DNA from: Myxococcota bacterium
GTDB lineage: Bacteria > Myxococcota_A > Polyangia > Polyangiales > Sandaracinaceae
NCBI GenBank assembly: GCA_036149055.1
Contig: JAYZQJ010000137.1
Coordinates: 1-64,000, forward strand
Length of the DNA stretch: 64,000 nucleotides
Reading direction: 5' to 3'
This document shows, in pieces, positions 19,031 through 29,915 of this stretch. Numbering within the stretch: the first letter of the stretch is position 1; each line of letters starts with the position of its first letter. A program made the position numbers and the translations under genes. The notes below the pieces were generated by a model that did no database searches, was not told where the DNA came from, and saw only the letters and a list, made by a program, of their open reading frames with translations.

Positions 19031-20354
19031 TTGGGGCAGGTGGGCTCTCGCAAAGGCGCCAAGCCGCACAAGGGGGCGGGGGGCCGCGGAGTGGTGCCTG
19101 GCCGGCGGGTTCCGGTCGGGGCGGGGATCGGCGGCTGGGTATTTTCTCGCAGAGGCGCAGAGTCGCAGAGGGGCAGCGGGGTGGCGGCTGGCCGGCGGGT
19201 TCCGGGCTGCGCCTGATCTGCGGGATTCGCTCGAGGGGCAGTTAGGCTCTCGCAAAGACGCAAAGCCGCCACGGGGCGGGTGGCCGCGGGGTGGTGGCTG
19301 GCCGGCGGGTTCCGGTCGGGGCGGGGATCGGCGGCTGGGTCAATTTCTCGCAGAGGCGCAGAGTCGCAGAGGGGCAGCGGGGTGGCGGCTGGCCGGCGGG
19401 TTCCGGGCTGCGCCTGATCTGCGGGATTCGCTCGAGGGGCAATTAGGCTCTCGCAAAGACGCAAAGCCGCCAAGGGGCGGGTGGCCGCGGGGTGGCGGCT
19501 GGCCGACGGGTTCCGGTCGGGGGGCGAATCGGGGGCTGGGTGAATTTCTCGCAGAGGCGCAGAGCCGCAGAGGGGCAGCGGGGTGGTGACTGGCCAGCGG
19601 GTTCCGGGCTGCGCGCGATCTGCGGGTTCGCTTGGGGAGCAATTGGGCTCGCGCAAAGGCGCAAAGGCGCCAAGGGGCGGGTGGCCGCGGGGTGGCGGCT
19701 GGCCGGCGGGTTCCGGTCGGCCCGCAGCCCCGGCCCTGTCTGCGTCTCTGCGTCTCTGCGTCTCTGCGAGAGAAGACAGGCAGCCGCCGAGCCGGCCAGC
19801 GATCCAGTCGGGGCGGCGTGGCTCCATCCCGTCGCCCCCGATCCCCTTTGCGGCTCTGCGCCTTGGCGAGAGCCCAAAAGGCAGCTGCCGAGCCGGCCCG
19901 CGATCCAGTCGGGGCGGCGTGGCTCCACCCCGCGGCCCCGATCCCCTTTGCGGCTCTGCGCCTTGGCGAGAGCCCAAAGAAGCAGCTGCCGAGCTGGCCA
20001 GCGATCCAGACGGGGCGGCGTGGCTCCACCCCGCGGCCCCCGCCCGTCTCTGAGTCTCTGCGTCTGCGAGAGAGAACAGGCAGCTGCCGAGCCGGGCGGC
20101 GACCGAGTCGGGCGGCGTGGCTCCATCCCGTCGCCCCCGATCTACTTTGCGGCTCTGCGCCTTGGCGAGAGCCCAAAAGGCAGCCGCCGAGCCGGCCCGC
20201 GATCCAGTCGCGACGGCGTGGCTCCACCCCGCGGCCCTCGCCCCTCTCTGCGTCTCTGCGTCTCTGCGAGAGAAAAAAGCAGCTGCCGAGCCGGCCCGCG
20301 ATCCAGTCGCGACGGCGTGGCTCCGTCCCGCGGCCGTGGCCCCTCTCTGCGAGA
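19031..20354. repeat. Head-to-head array of ~100-bp modules (7 forward + 7 reverse) built on octamer triplets
   Basis: Forward cores TC(T/G)CGCA(A/G)AG start at 19046, 19145, 19248, 19346, 19449, 19547 and 19649; reverse cores ending GCGAGA end at 19771, 19871, 19971, 20071, 20170, 20271 and 20354. Confidence 0.95.
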
Positions 20355-20449
20355 GACGAGAGGGGCCAGGGGGGCGGTGGAGGGCTTTCGGGAGGGGGCG
20401 TTCGAGGGAGTGGTGGGGGGAGGGCGAGGGCGCTAGGGTGCGCGCCGCA

Positions 20450-22069
<1,620 letters not shown>

Positions 22070-22186
22070 GGTCGGCGGGCTCGGGCCAGTTGGCCCCGGC
22101 GCCTCGGATGTTCCGCGCGGAATGGCCTCGACGCGCGGATTCGTCGCCTGTGAGGGCGGTGCACGCTCCTTGCACTGCCCGGCGGC

Positions 22187-23422
22187 ATGCGTCTCCGCCT
22201 GCTCGTCGTCCTCCCGGCCGCGCTCGCCTGCGCGGCGCCCACCGACTCCAGCGCCGTGCGCTCCCGCGGCGCCGCGCTCGACATGACGTTCGAGGAGTTC
22301 CTGGCGTCGGCCTACCGCGAGCCCTTCGAGGGCGGCGTCTGGATCGTGGACGGCGACACGCCGGTCGCGACCCGGGAGGGGATGCGCGACATCTACGAGC
22401 GCATCGGCACGCGGCAGCGGAGCTACGGCTCGGGGGCGGCGCCCGCGGCGGACGCGCTCTCCCTCAACACGGTGGGCGGCGCGGACGATCGCTGGTCGGA
22501 CACCCAGAAGCGAGAGCTGACCTACTGCGTCGGGCGGGCGAGCTTCGGCAGCCGCTACGACGAGGTGGTCCGGGTGATGGCGGCCGCGGCCGCGGCCTGG
22601 GAGGCGGTGGCGGACGTCGACTTCCATCACCTCGCGGCCGAGGACGACGCCTGTGACGCGTCGAACCCACGGGTGCTGTTCGACGTGAACGCGGTCGACA
22701 GCGGCGGCGAGTACGCGGCGCGGGCCTTCTTCCCCAGCACCGAGCGGGCGGCGCGCAACGTCCTGGTCGACGGCAGCGCCTTCGGGGGCGGCGGCCCGAT
22801 CGATCTCGAGGGCATCATGCGCCACGAGCTCGGGCACGCGCTCGGCTTCCGGCACGAGCACACGCGGCCGGAGTCCGGGACCTGCTTCGAGGACAGCGCG
22901 CATCGCCCATTGACGCCCTACGATCGGGAGTCCGTGATGCACTACCCCCAGTGCAACGGAGACCGCACGTCGCGCTTCGACCTCACGCCGCTCGACGCGC
23001 AGGGGGCGGCCAGCGTGTACGGCGAGCCCGGGGGAGCCCCCGCCGAGCGGCCGGACATCCCCGCGCCGGTCCGGGAGCCCCGGCCCGCCGATCCCTGGGG
23101 CACGCCGGCCGGCGAGCCGCCGCCCGCCGCGGAGCCGCCGTCGCCCTCGCGCGAGTGCCGCGGCGCGAGCGGCGGGCTCTGGGCGGGCGAGGTGCATCGC
23201 TACCCGACGCTCGAGGTGCCGGCCGGGCGCGCGATCACCGTCACCCTCGAGGGCGTCGGCGACCCGGACCTCTACGCGTGGATGCGGGGCTCGGCGGCCG
23301 AGTGCGCCTCCGAGGGGCCCGACGCGCGGGAGCGCTGCGAGCTGGTCTCGGACGGCACCGGCCTGCGGGTCGACGTCTACGGGTTCGGTGACGCCGAGTA
23401 CGACCTGCGCGTGTGCTGGTGA
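22187..23422 (+). CDS. Secreted/lipoprotein zinc metalloprotease (matrixin/M57-like) with PPC-like C-terminal domain
   Basis: 'HELGHALGFRHEH', Met-turn 'SVMHY', C-terminal 'GVGDPDLY...EGPDARERC'; signal 'AALAC'. Confidence 0.88.
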   Translation: MRLRLLVVLPAALACAAPTDSSAVRSRGAALDMTFEEFLASAYREPFEGGVWIVDGDTPVATREGMRDIYERIGTRQRSYGSGAAPAADALSLNTVGGADDRWSDTQKRELTYCVGRASFGSRYDEVVRVMAAAAAAWEAVADVDFHHLAAEDDACDASNPRVLFDVNAVDSGGEYAARAFFPSTERAARNVLVDGSAFGGGGPIDLEGIMRHELGHALGFRHEHTRPESGTCFEDSAHRPLTPYDRESVMHYPQCNGDRTSRFDLTPLDAQGAASVYGEPGGAPAERPDIPAPVREPRPADPWGTPAGEPPPAAEPPSPSRECRGASGGLWAGEVHRYPTLEVPAGRAITVTLEGVGDPDLYAWMRGSAAECASEGPDARERCELVSDGTGLRVDVYGFGDAEYDLRVCW

Positions 23423-24586
23423 TCAGGCGACGGCGCGGGTCGAGACCCGGAGCAGCCCCACCGCCTCGGTGAGCGACCGCGCCGTCCGGTCGCGGCTGCC
23501 GGTCACCACGAGCACCCGGCCGGTGTGCTGCCCGGTGCCCTCGCGGCGGCTGATCGTCTGGCCGACCTCGAGGTCGCACTCCACCGCGAGCACGCCCTCG
23601 ACCGCGCGCGCCTCCTCGACGCCGCTCACGTCGAGGACCTGGCCCTCGCCGGGGTGGATGAACCACACGCCGGCCGAGCGCGTCGCCGTCTCGCGGAGGC
23701 GGGGCTCGCGCCCGAGCGCGATCTCGATCAGCGCCTGCCAGGGATCGAAGTCGTAGGCGCGCGCGATGAGCTCCATGAGGTAGCCGCCCGGCGGTCGCTG
23801 CGCGAGCTCGCCGAAGACGACCTCGACGCCGCTCTCCGTCACCTGCACGAACGCCTCGAGGTGGGTGATGCCGTCCTCGACCCCGAGCGCCGCGATCGCC
23901 TCTTCGTTGAGCGCCCGCACCGCGTCCTCGATCTCCGGCCCGAAGGCGGCGGGCACGATGTTGGCCCAGCCCGGCCGGAGGTACTCGGTCACGTTCACCC
24001 AGCGCGGCTGCCCCTCGGAGACGAAGGACTCGACGCTGAGCTCCATGCCCTCGACGAAGCTCTCGGCCATCCAGCCGTCCTCGAGCGCGGCGGCCACCGA
24101 CGCGAGATCGCGCGCCACCACCGTGCCGCGGCTGCCCGACGAGGCGCGCGGCTTCAGCACCATCGGGAGGCCGAGGGCGCTGACGAGCGCCGCCGGATCG
24201 GTCCCCGCCTCGACCGGGAGCGATCGCGCGCAGGGGATGCCCGCGTCCTCGATCGCGTGCTTCATCGCGAGCTTGTCGCGCCAGGGGAGGGCGTCCTCGA
24301 GGGTGGGCCCGACGATGCCCAGCGTCTCGCGGATCGCGGCCGCGGGGAGCACCGCGCGCTCCACCACCGCGATGACGGCGTCGACCGGGCGATCCACGGT
24401 CAGCTTCACCGCCGCGGCCACGCACGACTCCAGGTCGCTCAGGTCGACCTTGGCGCCGGCGTGGGCTCCGGCGGCGCGCTCGGGACGACCGGCGTCATCG
24501 AGCAAGAGCACCTCGAGGTCGAGGCGAGCGGCAGCGAGCAGCGCGCCACGGCGGCGGCCGACGAACAACACGCGAGGTCGGGACAC
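23423..24586 (-). CDS. ATP-grasp domain protein (L-amino-acid ligase-like)
   Basis: 'RDKLAMK', 'VLKPRASSGSRG', 'ESFVEGMELSVE', 'THLEAF', 'ELAQRPPG'; GGAGG upstream of GTG 24586. Confidence 0.88.
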   Translation of the reverse strand: MSRPRVLFVGRRRGALLAAARLDLEVLLLDDAGRPERAAGAHAGAKVDLSDLESCVAAAVKLTVDRPVDAVIAVVERAVLPAAAIRETLGIVGPTLEDALPWRDKLAMKHAIEDAGIPCARSLPVEAGTDPAALVSALGLPMVLKPRASSGSRGTVVARDLASVAAALEDGWMAESFVEGMELSVESFVSEGQPRWVNVTEYLRPGWANIVPAAFGPEIEDAVRALNEEAIAALGVEDGITHLEAFVQVTESGVEVVFGELAQRPPGGYLMELIARAYDFDPWQALIEIALGREPRLRETATRSAGVWFIHPGEGQVLDVSGVEEARAVEGVLAVECDLEVGQTISRREGTGQHTGRVLVVTGSRDRTARSLTEAVGLLRVSTRAVA

Positions 24587-24651
24587 GGCGTCCTCCCAGG
24601 TGGGGGGGAATGGAGACGTCCTCGGCAAGCTGGATTCGGAACCGCTCCTGG

Positions 24652-24667
24652 TGCAGCCAGCGTGCCA
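24652..24667 (-). promoter_or_regulatory. Candidate sigma-54 (-24/-12) promoter for the ATP-grasp gene
   Basis: Minus strand reads TGGCACGCTGGCTGCA, with the GG-N10-GC spacing of the TGGCACG-N4-TTGC consensus, about 65 nt upstream of the start. Confidence 0.5.
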
Positions 24668-24837
24668 CCGCGGGCATCCGTGAAATGGAACACCCACCGA
24701 TCCACGTAGCCCCCGCGGCGCGATGTGCGCGCATCGATTGCGCATTCCGGGTGCGCGAATTTCTCGCAGCACCCGGCGCGGGCGCGGCGGCGACGCTCGT
24801 GTATCCTCGGGCCCCCGACAGACCCTGGAGGAGCCCC

Positions 24838-25407
24838 TTGTCAGACCACGCGCACGACCCGCTGCGCGGACGCACCCTCATCGGCGTGGCCGAGCGCATC
24901 GAGCTCCCCGACTGGGGGGTCGAGCAGCTGAGGGTGAAGATCGACACCGGCGCGCGCACCAGCGCCCTGCACGTGGACGACGTGGAGCGGCTGCCCGGCA
25001 ACCGGGTCCGCTTCACCGTCGTCCTCGATCGCAAGCGCGCTCACCGCCGCGTCCCGGTCGAGGCGAAGATCGCGCGCATCGCGCGGGTGCGCTCCAGCAG
25101 CGGCCGCGCCCAGGAGCGGATCTTCGTCGCCACCACCATGAAGCTCGGCGGGGTGGAGAAGGAGATCGAGATCAGCCTCGCGAGCCGCGAGCCGATGATC
25201 TTCCGGATGCTGCTCGGCCGGAGCGCGCTCCACCACGACTTCCTGGTGGATCCCTCCCACCGCTACCTCCAGAGCGCGCCCCCGAAGCGGAAGAAGAAGA
25301 AGACCGCCAAGAAGGCGAAGAAGAAGACCGCCGGGCCCGACAAGGCCGCGAAGAAGAAGAAGACCACCAAGAAAAAGGCCAAGAAGAAGAAGGTGAGCTC
25401 CCGATGA
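24838..25407 (+). CDS. RimK-associated retropepsin-like protease (RimB-like) with Lys-rich tail
   Basis: 'KIDTGARTSALH', 'VRSSSG', 'MIFRMLLGR'; GGAGGAG upstream of TTG; tail 'KRKKKKTAKKAKKK...'. Confidence 0.85.
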   Translation: MSDHAHDPLRGRTLIGVAERIELPDWGVEQLRVKIDTGARTSALHVDDVERLPGNRVRFTVVLDRKRAHRRVPVEAKIARIARVRSSSGRAQERIFVATTMKLGGVEKEIEISLASREPMIFRMLLGRSALHHDFLVDPSHRYLQSAPPKRKKKKTAKKAKKKTAGPDKAAKKKKTTKKKAKKKKVSSR

Positions 25408-26612
25408 AGCTCGTCATCCTCTCCCGCGCGCGGCACTCCTACAGCACCCGCCGGCTCCGCGAGGCCGCCCTGAGCCGCGGCCACCAGGTGCGGGTGCTCG
25501 ACACGCTCCGCTTCTCGATGGCGGTCGAGGAGGGCCACCCGCAGCTCTTCTACCGGGACCGCCCGCTGAGCCGCTACGACGCGGTGATCCCCCGCGTCGG
25601 CGCGTCGGTCACCTTCTACGGCACCGCGGTGGTCCGGCAGTTCGAGCAGATGGGCGTCTTCACCCTGTCGAGCTCGCACGCGATCAGCGTCTCCCGGGAC
25701 AAGCTCCGCAGCCTCCAGGTCCTGAGCCGCCACAACATCGGCATCCCGCCCACCGTGTTCGTGCGGGACCGCCAGTCGGTGATCCCCGCCATCGAGCGGC
25801 TCGGCGGCGCCCCGGTCATCGTGAAGGTGCTCGAGGGCACCCAGGGCGTCGGCGTCATCCTCGCCGACACCATGAAGGTGGCGCAGGCGATCATCGAGAC
25901 CCTGCACGGCGCCAAGCAGAACGTGCTCATCCAGAAGTTCGTCAAGGAGAGCCGCGGCCGGGACATCCGCGCGTTCGTGGTCGGCGGTCACGTCATCGCC
26001 GCGATGCGCCGGGTGGCCCAGGGCGACGAGTTCCGGAGCAACGTGCACCGCGGCGGTCGGACCGAGGCGGTGCAGCTGGATCCCGAGTACGAGCGCACCG
26101 CGATCCACGCCGCCCAGATCATGGGCCTCCGGGTGGCGGGCGTGGACATGCTCGAGTCGGACGAGGGCCCCCAGGTGATGGAGGTGAACTCCTCGCCCGG
26201 GCTCGAGGGCATCGAGAAGGCGACCCAGGTCGACGTGGCCGGGCGCATCGTCGCCCACATCGAAGACCAGTTCCTGCTGCCCGAGATCGACATCAAGCAG
26301 CGCCTCACCCTCGACAAGGGCTACGGCGTGGCGGAGTTCGATCTGCACGCGTCGAGCGAGCTGGCCGGCAAGAGCCTGCGCGAGCTGGCCCTCGGCGACC
26401 GGGACGTCACGGTGCTCAGCGTCCAGCGGGGCAGCGTGGTGATCCCCAACCCGCGCGGCGACCAGAAGCTGCTCCGCGGCGACCACGTGGTCTGCTACGG
26501 CAAGCTCCTCGCGCTCAAGCAGCTCATCCCCCGCGACGCGAAGGGGCGCCGCGCGGGCAAGAAGAAGGGCCGCAAGACGAGGCCGCCCGAGGAGCCCACC
26601 GGCCCGATCTAG
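25404..26612 (+). CDS. rimK: RimK-family alpha-L-glutamate ligase with C-terminal RCK_C (TrkA-C)-like domain
   Basis: 'YSTRRLREAA', 'DAVIPRVGAS', 'SRDKLRSLQ', 'EGTQGVGV', 'FRSNVHRGG', 'EVNSSPGLEGIE'; then 'GKSLREL...VLSVQRG...IPNPRGDQKLLRGD'. Confidence 0.92.
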   Translation: MKLVILSRARHSYSTRRLREAALSRGHQVRVLDTLRFSMAVEEGHPQLFYRDRPLSRYDAVIPRVGASVTFYGTAVVRQFEQMGVFTLSSSHAISVSRDKLRSLQVLSRHNIGIPPTVFVRDRQSVIPAIERLGGAPVIVKVLEGTQGVGVILADTMKVAQAIIETLHGAKQNVLIQKFVKESRGRDIRAFVVGGHVIAAMRRVAQGDEFRSNVHRGGRTEAVQLDPEYERTAIHAAQIMGLRVAGVDMLESDEGPQVMEVNSSPGLEGIEKATQVDVAGRIVAHIEDQFLLPEIDIKQRLTLDKGYGVAEFDLHASSELAGKSLRELALGDRDVTVLSVQRGSVVIPNPRGDQKLLRGDHVVCYGKLLALKQLIPRDAKGRRAGKKKGRKTRPPEEPTGPI

Positions 26613-26615
26613 CCT

Positions 26616-26680
26616 CGCCCCGTCATGGACGCCCCGTCATGGACGCCCCGTCAGCCTCGCACCGTCAGCCTCGCACCGTG
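26616..26680. repeat. 14-bp tandem repeat (about 4.5 copies) between convergent genes
   Basis: CGCCCCGTCATGGA x2, CGCCCCGTCAGCCT, CGCACCGTCAGCCT, CGCACCGTG. Confidence 0.8.
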
Positions 26681-27573
26681 GCCCAGGGGTCGTCGGCCAG
26701 GGCCTCGGCGAGCAGGTCGTAGACCACGCGGACGCGGCGGCTGGTGCGGACCTCGCGGTGGCTCGTCAGCCACATGGGCACCTGGAACACCAGATCGTCC
26801 AGGGCGCGGCGCACGCGCGGGTCGGCGTCCCCGACCGGCGCGAGCATCACCCCGACGCACGCGCCCCGGGTGACCAGCGCCCACTGCACGTGCTGGTTCG
26901 CGCACACGTAGGGGAACGAGGCGGGCGTCAGCGACATGCCCATCGCGTTCAGGCCCTTCAGGAACACGTCGGTCTCGTCGAACGCGACGAAGTCGGCGCG
27001 CGACAGCGCGGCCCGGGTGATCGGGTCACCGAGGGAGGCGAGGTACTCCGGGGTGGCGTAGAGGTAGCCCTCGTCCTCGCGGACCTTCTTCGCGACCAGC
27101 TCGGGGTCGGTCGGCCGGTAGCTCCGCACCGCGATGTCCGCCTCGCGTCGCCCCAGATCGCTCGTCTGGTTGGTGGCCACGATCTCGAGGGTGATCCCCG
27201 GGTGGACCTCGCGGATGCGCTGCGCGATCGGGGGCAGCGCCCAGGCGGCGGCGATCTCCCCGGCCGAGATCACGACCGGGCCGTCGAGCGACAGCGCCTG
27301 GCCCGCGGCGACGCGCGAGAGCCGCGCCGCGTGACCGGCCATCGCCCGCGCGTGCTCGAGCAGCTCGAGGCCGGTCGGCGTGAGCTCGAGACCCCGGCCC
27401 ACCCGCTCGAAGAGGACCACGTCCAGCTCCTGCTCGAGCGCCGCGACCTGGCGCCCGACGGTGGGCTGGGTCGTCGCGAGCCGGCGCGCGGCGGCGGAGA
27501 AGGAGCCCTCCTCGGCCGTCACCAGGAAGGCGCGCGCCCGGTTCCAGTCGAAGGTGACTCGGGTCCAATCCAT
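26665..27573 (-). CDS. LysR-family transcriptional regulator
   Basis: 'AEEGSFSAAARRLATTQPTVGRQVAALEQEL...LFER...LTPTG'; divergent from a dehydrogenase. Confidence 0.95.
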   Translation of the reverse strand: MDWTRVTFDWNRARAFLVTAEEGSFSAAARRLATTQPTVGRQVAALEQELDVVLFERVGRGLELTPTGLELLEHARAMAGHAARLSRVAAGQALSLDGPVVISAGEIAAAWALPPIAQRIREVHPGITLEIVATNQTSDLGRREADIAVRSYRPTDPELVAKKVREDEGYLYATPEYLASLGDPITRAALSRADFVAFDETDVFLKGLNAMGMSLTPASFPYVCANQHVQWALVTRGACVGVMLAPVGDADPRVRRALDDLVFQVPMWLTSHREVRTSRRVRVVYDLLAEALADDPWATVRG

Positions 27574-27677
27574 GCGTTTACGTATATCACGGATGCGGAT
27601 CTCGCCGATTTCGGAAACGGAAACGCATGACATGTTGGGGGGCGTCGGGGAAGGGCCTCGGCCGAGAGGAGCGAGAC

Positions 27678-28682
27678 ATGAGAGCTGTGATGCACACCCG
27701 GTACGGCACCCCCGACGTCCTGCGCGCCACCGAGATCGACCGACCGAGCCCCGGGCCGCGCGAGGTCCTCGTCGAGGTGCACGCCAGCGCGGTCACCCAG
27801 GGCGACCGACGGCTCCGCGCCGCCGACTTCCCTGGCGTGTCGGCCGTCTTCGGTCGGCTGCTGATGGGCGTGTTCGGGCCGCGGCACCCGGTCGGCGGGA
27901 CGATGCTCGCGGGGCGGGTGGCGGCGGTCGGCGCCGAGGTCACCCGCTTCGCGGTGGGTGACGACGTGTTCGGCAGCGTCGACCACGGCGCGTACGCCGA
28001 GTACGTGGTCTGCAAGGAGGACGGCCCGATCGCCCGCCTGCCCGAGGGCCTGACCTACGCGGAGGGCGCGACGTTGCCCTACGGGGCCGGCACCGCGCTG
28101 ACCTTCCTGCGCGACATGGCGAAGGTCCAGCCGGGGGAGCGGGTCCTGATCGTCGGCGCGACCGGCGGCGTGGGGCGCATGGCGGTCCAGATCGCGGCGC
28201 ACCTCGGGGCGCACGTGACCGCGGTCGGGAGCCGCGACGAGGCGCTCTCGCGCGCGCTCGGGGCGGACGCGTTCATCGACCACACCGCCGAGGACTTCAC
28301 CCGCCGGGGCGAGCGCTGGGACGTGATCTTCGACACGACCGAGGGCGACCACTTTCGCGCGTTCCGGCGCGTGCTCACCTACGCGGGGCGCTACCTGTCG
28401 CTCTACCTGACGCCGCGGCTGCTGCTCGAGATGGCGATCACCTCGCTGCGCCGCGGCCCGCGCGCGCTCGGCGGCGTGGCGCTCGGCAGCGCCGAGGGGA
28501 CCGAGGAGATCCGCGCGCTCGTCGAGGCCGGAGCGCTCCGGGCGGTGGTGGCCGAGCGCTACCCCTTCGAGCGCATCGCCGACGCGCACCGCGCGCTCGA
28601 GGCCGGCGGTCTCCCCGGGGACGTCGTGGTGGAGGTGGCGTCCATGTCGGCGCGCGGGGCGCGGACGCTCCGCGCGGCCTGA
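27678..28682 (+). CDS. NAD(P)-dependent MDR (alcohol dehydrogenase/quinone reductase-like) oxidoreductase
   Basis: 'YGTPDVL', 'GAYAEY', 'VLIVGATGGVG'; AGGAG RBS. Confidence 0.9.
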   Translation: MRAVMHTRYGTPDVLRATEIDRPSPGPREVLVEVHASAVTQGDRRLRAADFPGVSAVFGRLLMGVFGPRHPVGGTMLAGRVAAVGAEVTRFAVGDDVFGSVDHGAYAEYVVCKEDGPIARLPEGLTYAEGATLPYGAGTALTFLRDMAKVQPGERVLIVGATGGVGRMAVQIAAHLGAHVTAVGSRDEALSRALGADAFIDHTAEDFTRRGERWDVIFDTTEGDHFRAFRRVLTYAGRYLSLYLTPRLLLEMAITSLRRGPRALGGVALGSAEGTEEIRALVEAGALRAVVAERYPFERIADAHRALEAGGLPGDVVVEVASMSARGARTLRAA

Positions 28683-28690
28683 GGCTCGGC

Positions 28691-28744
28691 TTGACACCGT
28701 GAGAATGAATGTCACTTTCGCGGCGAAAGTGAGATTCGTTTTCA
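28691..28744 (+). promoter_or_regulatory. Promoter region with TTGACA -35 and two Fur-like boxes forming a 45-bp imperfect palindrome
   Basis: TTGACA at 28691-28696; TGAGA-ATGAA-TGTCA at 28700-28714; TGAGA-TTCGT-TTTCA at 28730-28744; central perfect inverted repeat TCACTTTCGC-G-GCGAAAGTGA. Confidence 0.7.
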
Positions 28745-28756
28745 GGTGAGGTCGAA

Positions 28757-29911
28757 GTGAAGAGACTGACTTGGCTGGGCGCGGTGCTCGCGCTCGCGGG
28801 GTGCGACGGTGGTGGAGATCTGAGCGCGGAGGCGGCGCCGGTCCTCGAGACCTACGCGAACATCGTGCACGCGTCCTACGAGGACTCGCTCTCGACCGCG
28901 CAGGCGCTGGATGGACAGCTCGACGCCCTCGTGGCGGACCCGACCGAGGGCAGCCTGGGCGACGCCCGCACGGCGTGGCTCGCGGCGCGCTCCCCCTACG
29001 GGCAGACCGAGGTCTACCGATTCTACGGCGGGCCCATCGAGCAGGGCGACCCGGAGCGTGAGGGCGCGCTGAACGCCTGGCCGATGGACGAGTCGGTCAT
29101 CGACTACGTCTTCGACCCGGTCATGGGCACGGTCGTCAGCGGCGGCATCGTCAACGACCCCTCGGTGACCCTCGATCAGGCCTCGCTCGAGGCGGCCAAC
29201 GGCGTCGGCGGCGAGGAGAACGTCACCACCGGCTACCACGCCATCGAGTTCCTCCTCTGGGGCCAGGACAACCCGGCCACCTCGGGTCCCGGCGAGCGTC
29301 CGGCGACGGACTTCAGCGAGGCGGAGAACGCCGACCGCCGCGGCCAGTACCTCCAGGTCACCAGCGACATCTTGCTCGAGGACCTCGGCGAGCTCGTCGC
29401 GGACTGGGCGCCCGGCAGCGAGGACAACTACCGCGCCGGCTTCGTCTCCGGCGACGCGCGCGACGGGCTCCGCGCGATGCTGATCGGCATGGGCAGCCTC
29501 AGCGGCGCCGAGCTCGCGGGCGAGCGCATGAACGTCGCCTTCATGACGATGGACCAGGAGGACGAGCACTCCTGCTTCAGCGACAACACCCACAACGACA
29601 TCCTCGAGAACGCGCGCGGCATCCGGAACGTCTACCTCGGCCGCTACGCGCGTGTGGACGGCTCGGTGGTCGAGGGCGCCAGCCTCAGCGACCTCGTCGC
29701 CGCCCGTGACCCCGACCTCGACGCCACGATGCGCGCGCAGCTCGACGCCTCGCTCGCCGCGGCCGAGGCCATCCCGGCGCCCTTCGACGAGGCGATCACC
29801 GGCGCGGGCCGCGACCAGGTCCAGGCCGCGATCGACGCGCTCCGCGCGCAGACGACCACCATCGTCGAGATCGGCGCGCTCTTCGAGCTCGAGCTCAACC
29901 TCGAGGAGTGA
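28757..29911 (+). CDS. Imelysin-family (IrpA/IcmP-like) iron-regulated lipoprotein
   Basis: Lipobox 'LALAGC'; 'YGQTEVYRFYGGPI', 'LNAWP', 'TGYHAIEFLLWGQD', 'ELAGERM', 'EDEHSCFSDNT'. Confidence 0.93.
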   Translation: MKRLTWLGAVLALAGCDGGGDLSAEAAPVLETYANIVHASYEDSLSTAQALDGQLDALVADPTEGSLGDARTAWLAARSPYGQTEVYRFYGGPIEQGDPEREGALNAWPMDESVIDYVFDPVMGTVVSGGIVNDPSVTLDQASLEAANGVGGEENVTTGYHAIEFLLWGQDNPATSGPGERPATDFSEAENADRRGQYLQVTSDILLEDLGELVADWAPGSEDNYRAGFVSGDARDGLRAMLIGMGSLSGAELAGERMNVAFMTMDQEDEHSCFSDNTHNDILENARGIRNVYLGRYARVDGSVVEGASLSDLVAARDPDLDATMRAQLDASLAAAEAIPAPFDEAITGAGRDQVQAAIDALRAQTTTIVEIGALFELELNLEE

Positions 29912-29915
29912 CGCC

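Noticed and set aside
19031..20354. CRISPR array interpretation of the periodic repeats
   Set aside because: The sequence between cores is itself repeated (no unique spacers), the arms are inverted, and no cas genes are present
22159..22174. Possible sigma-54 promoter GTGCACGCTCCTTGCA before the metalloprotease
   Set aside because: It lacks the invariant GG at -25/-24 and lies very close to the ATG
27572..27628. Inverted repeat ATGCGTTT...AAACGCAT in the LysR/dehydrogenase divergent region
   Set aside because: It is probably part of an ordinary LysR-controlled promoter and is too weak to delimit as a site
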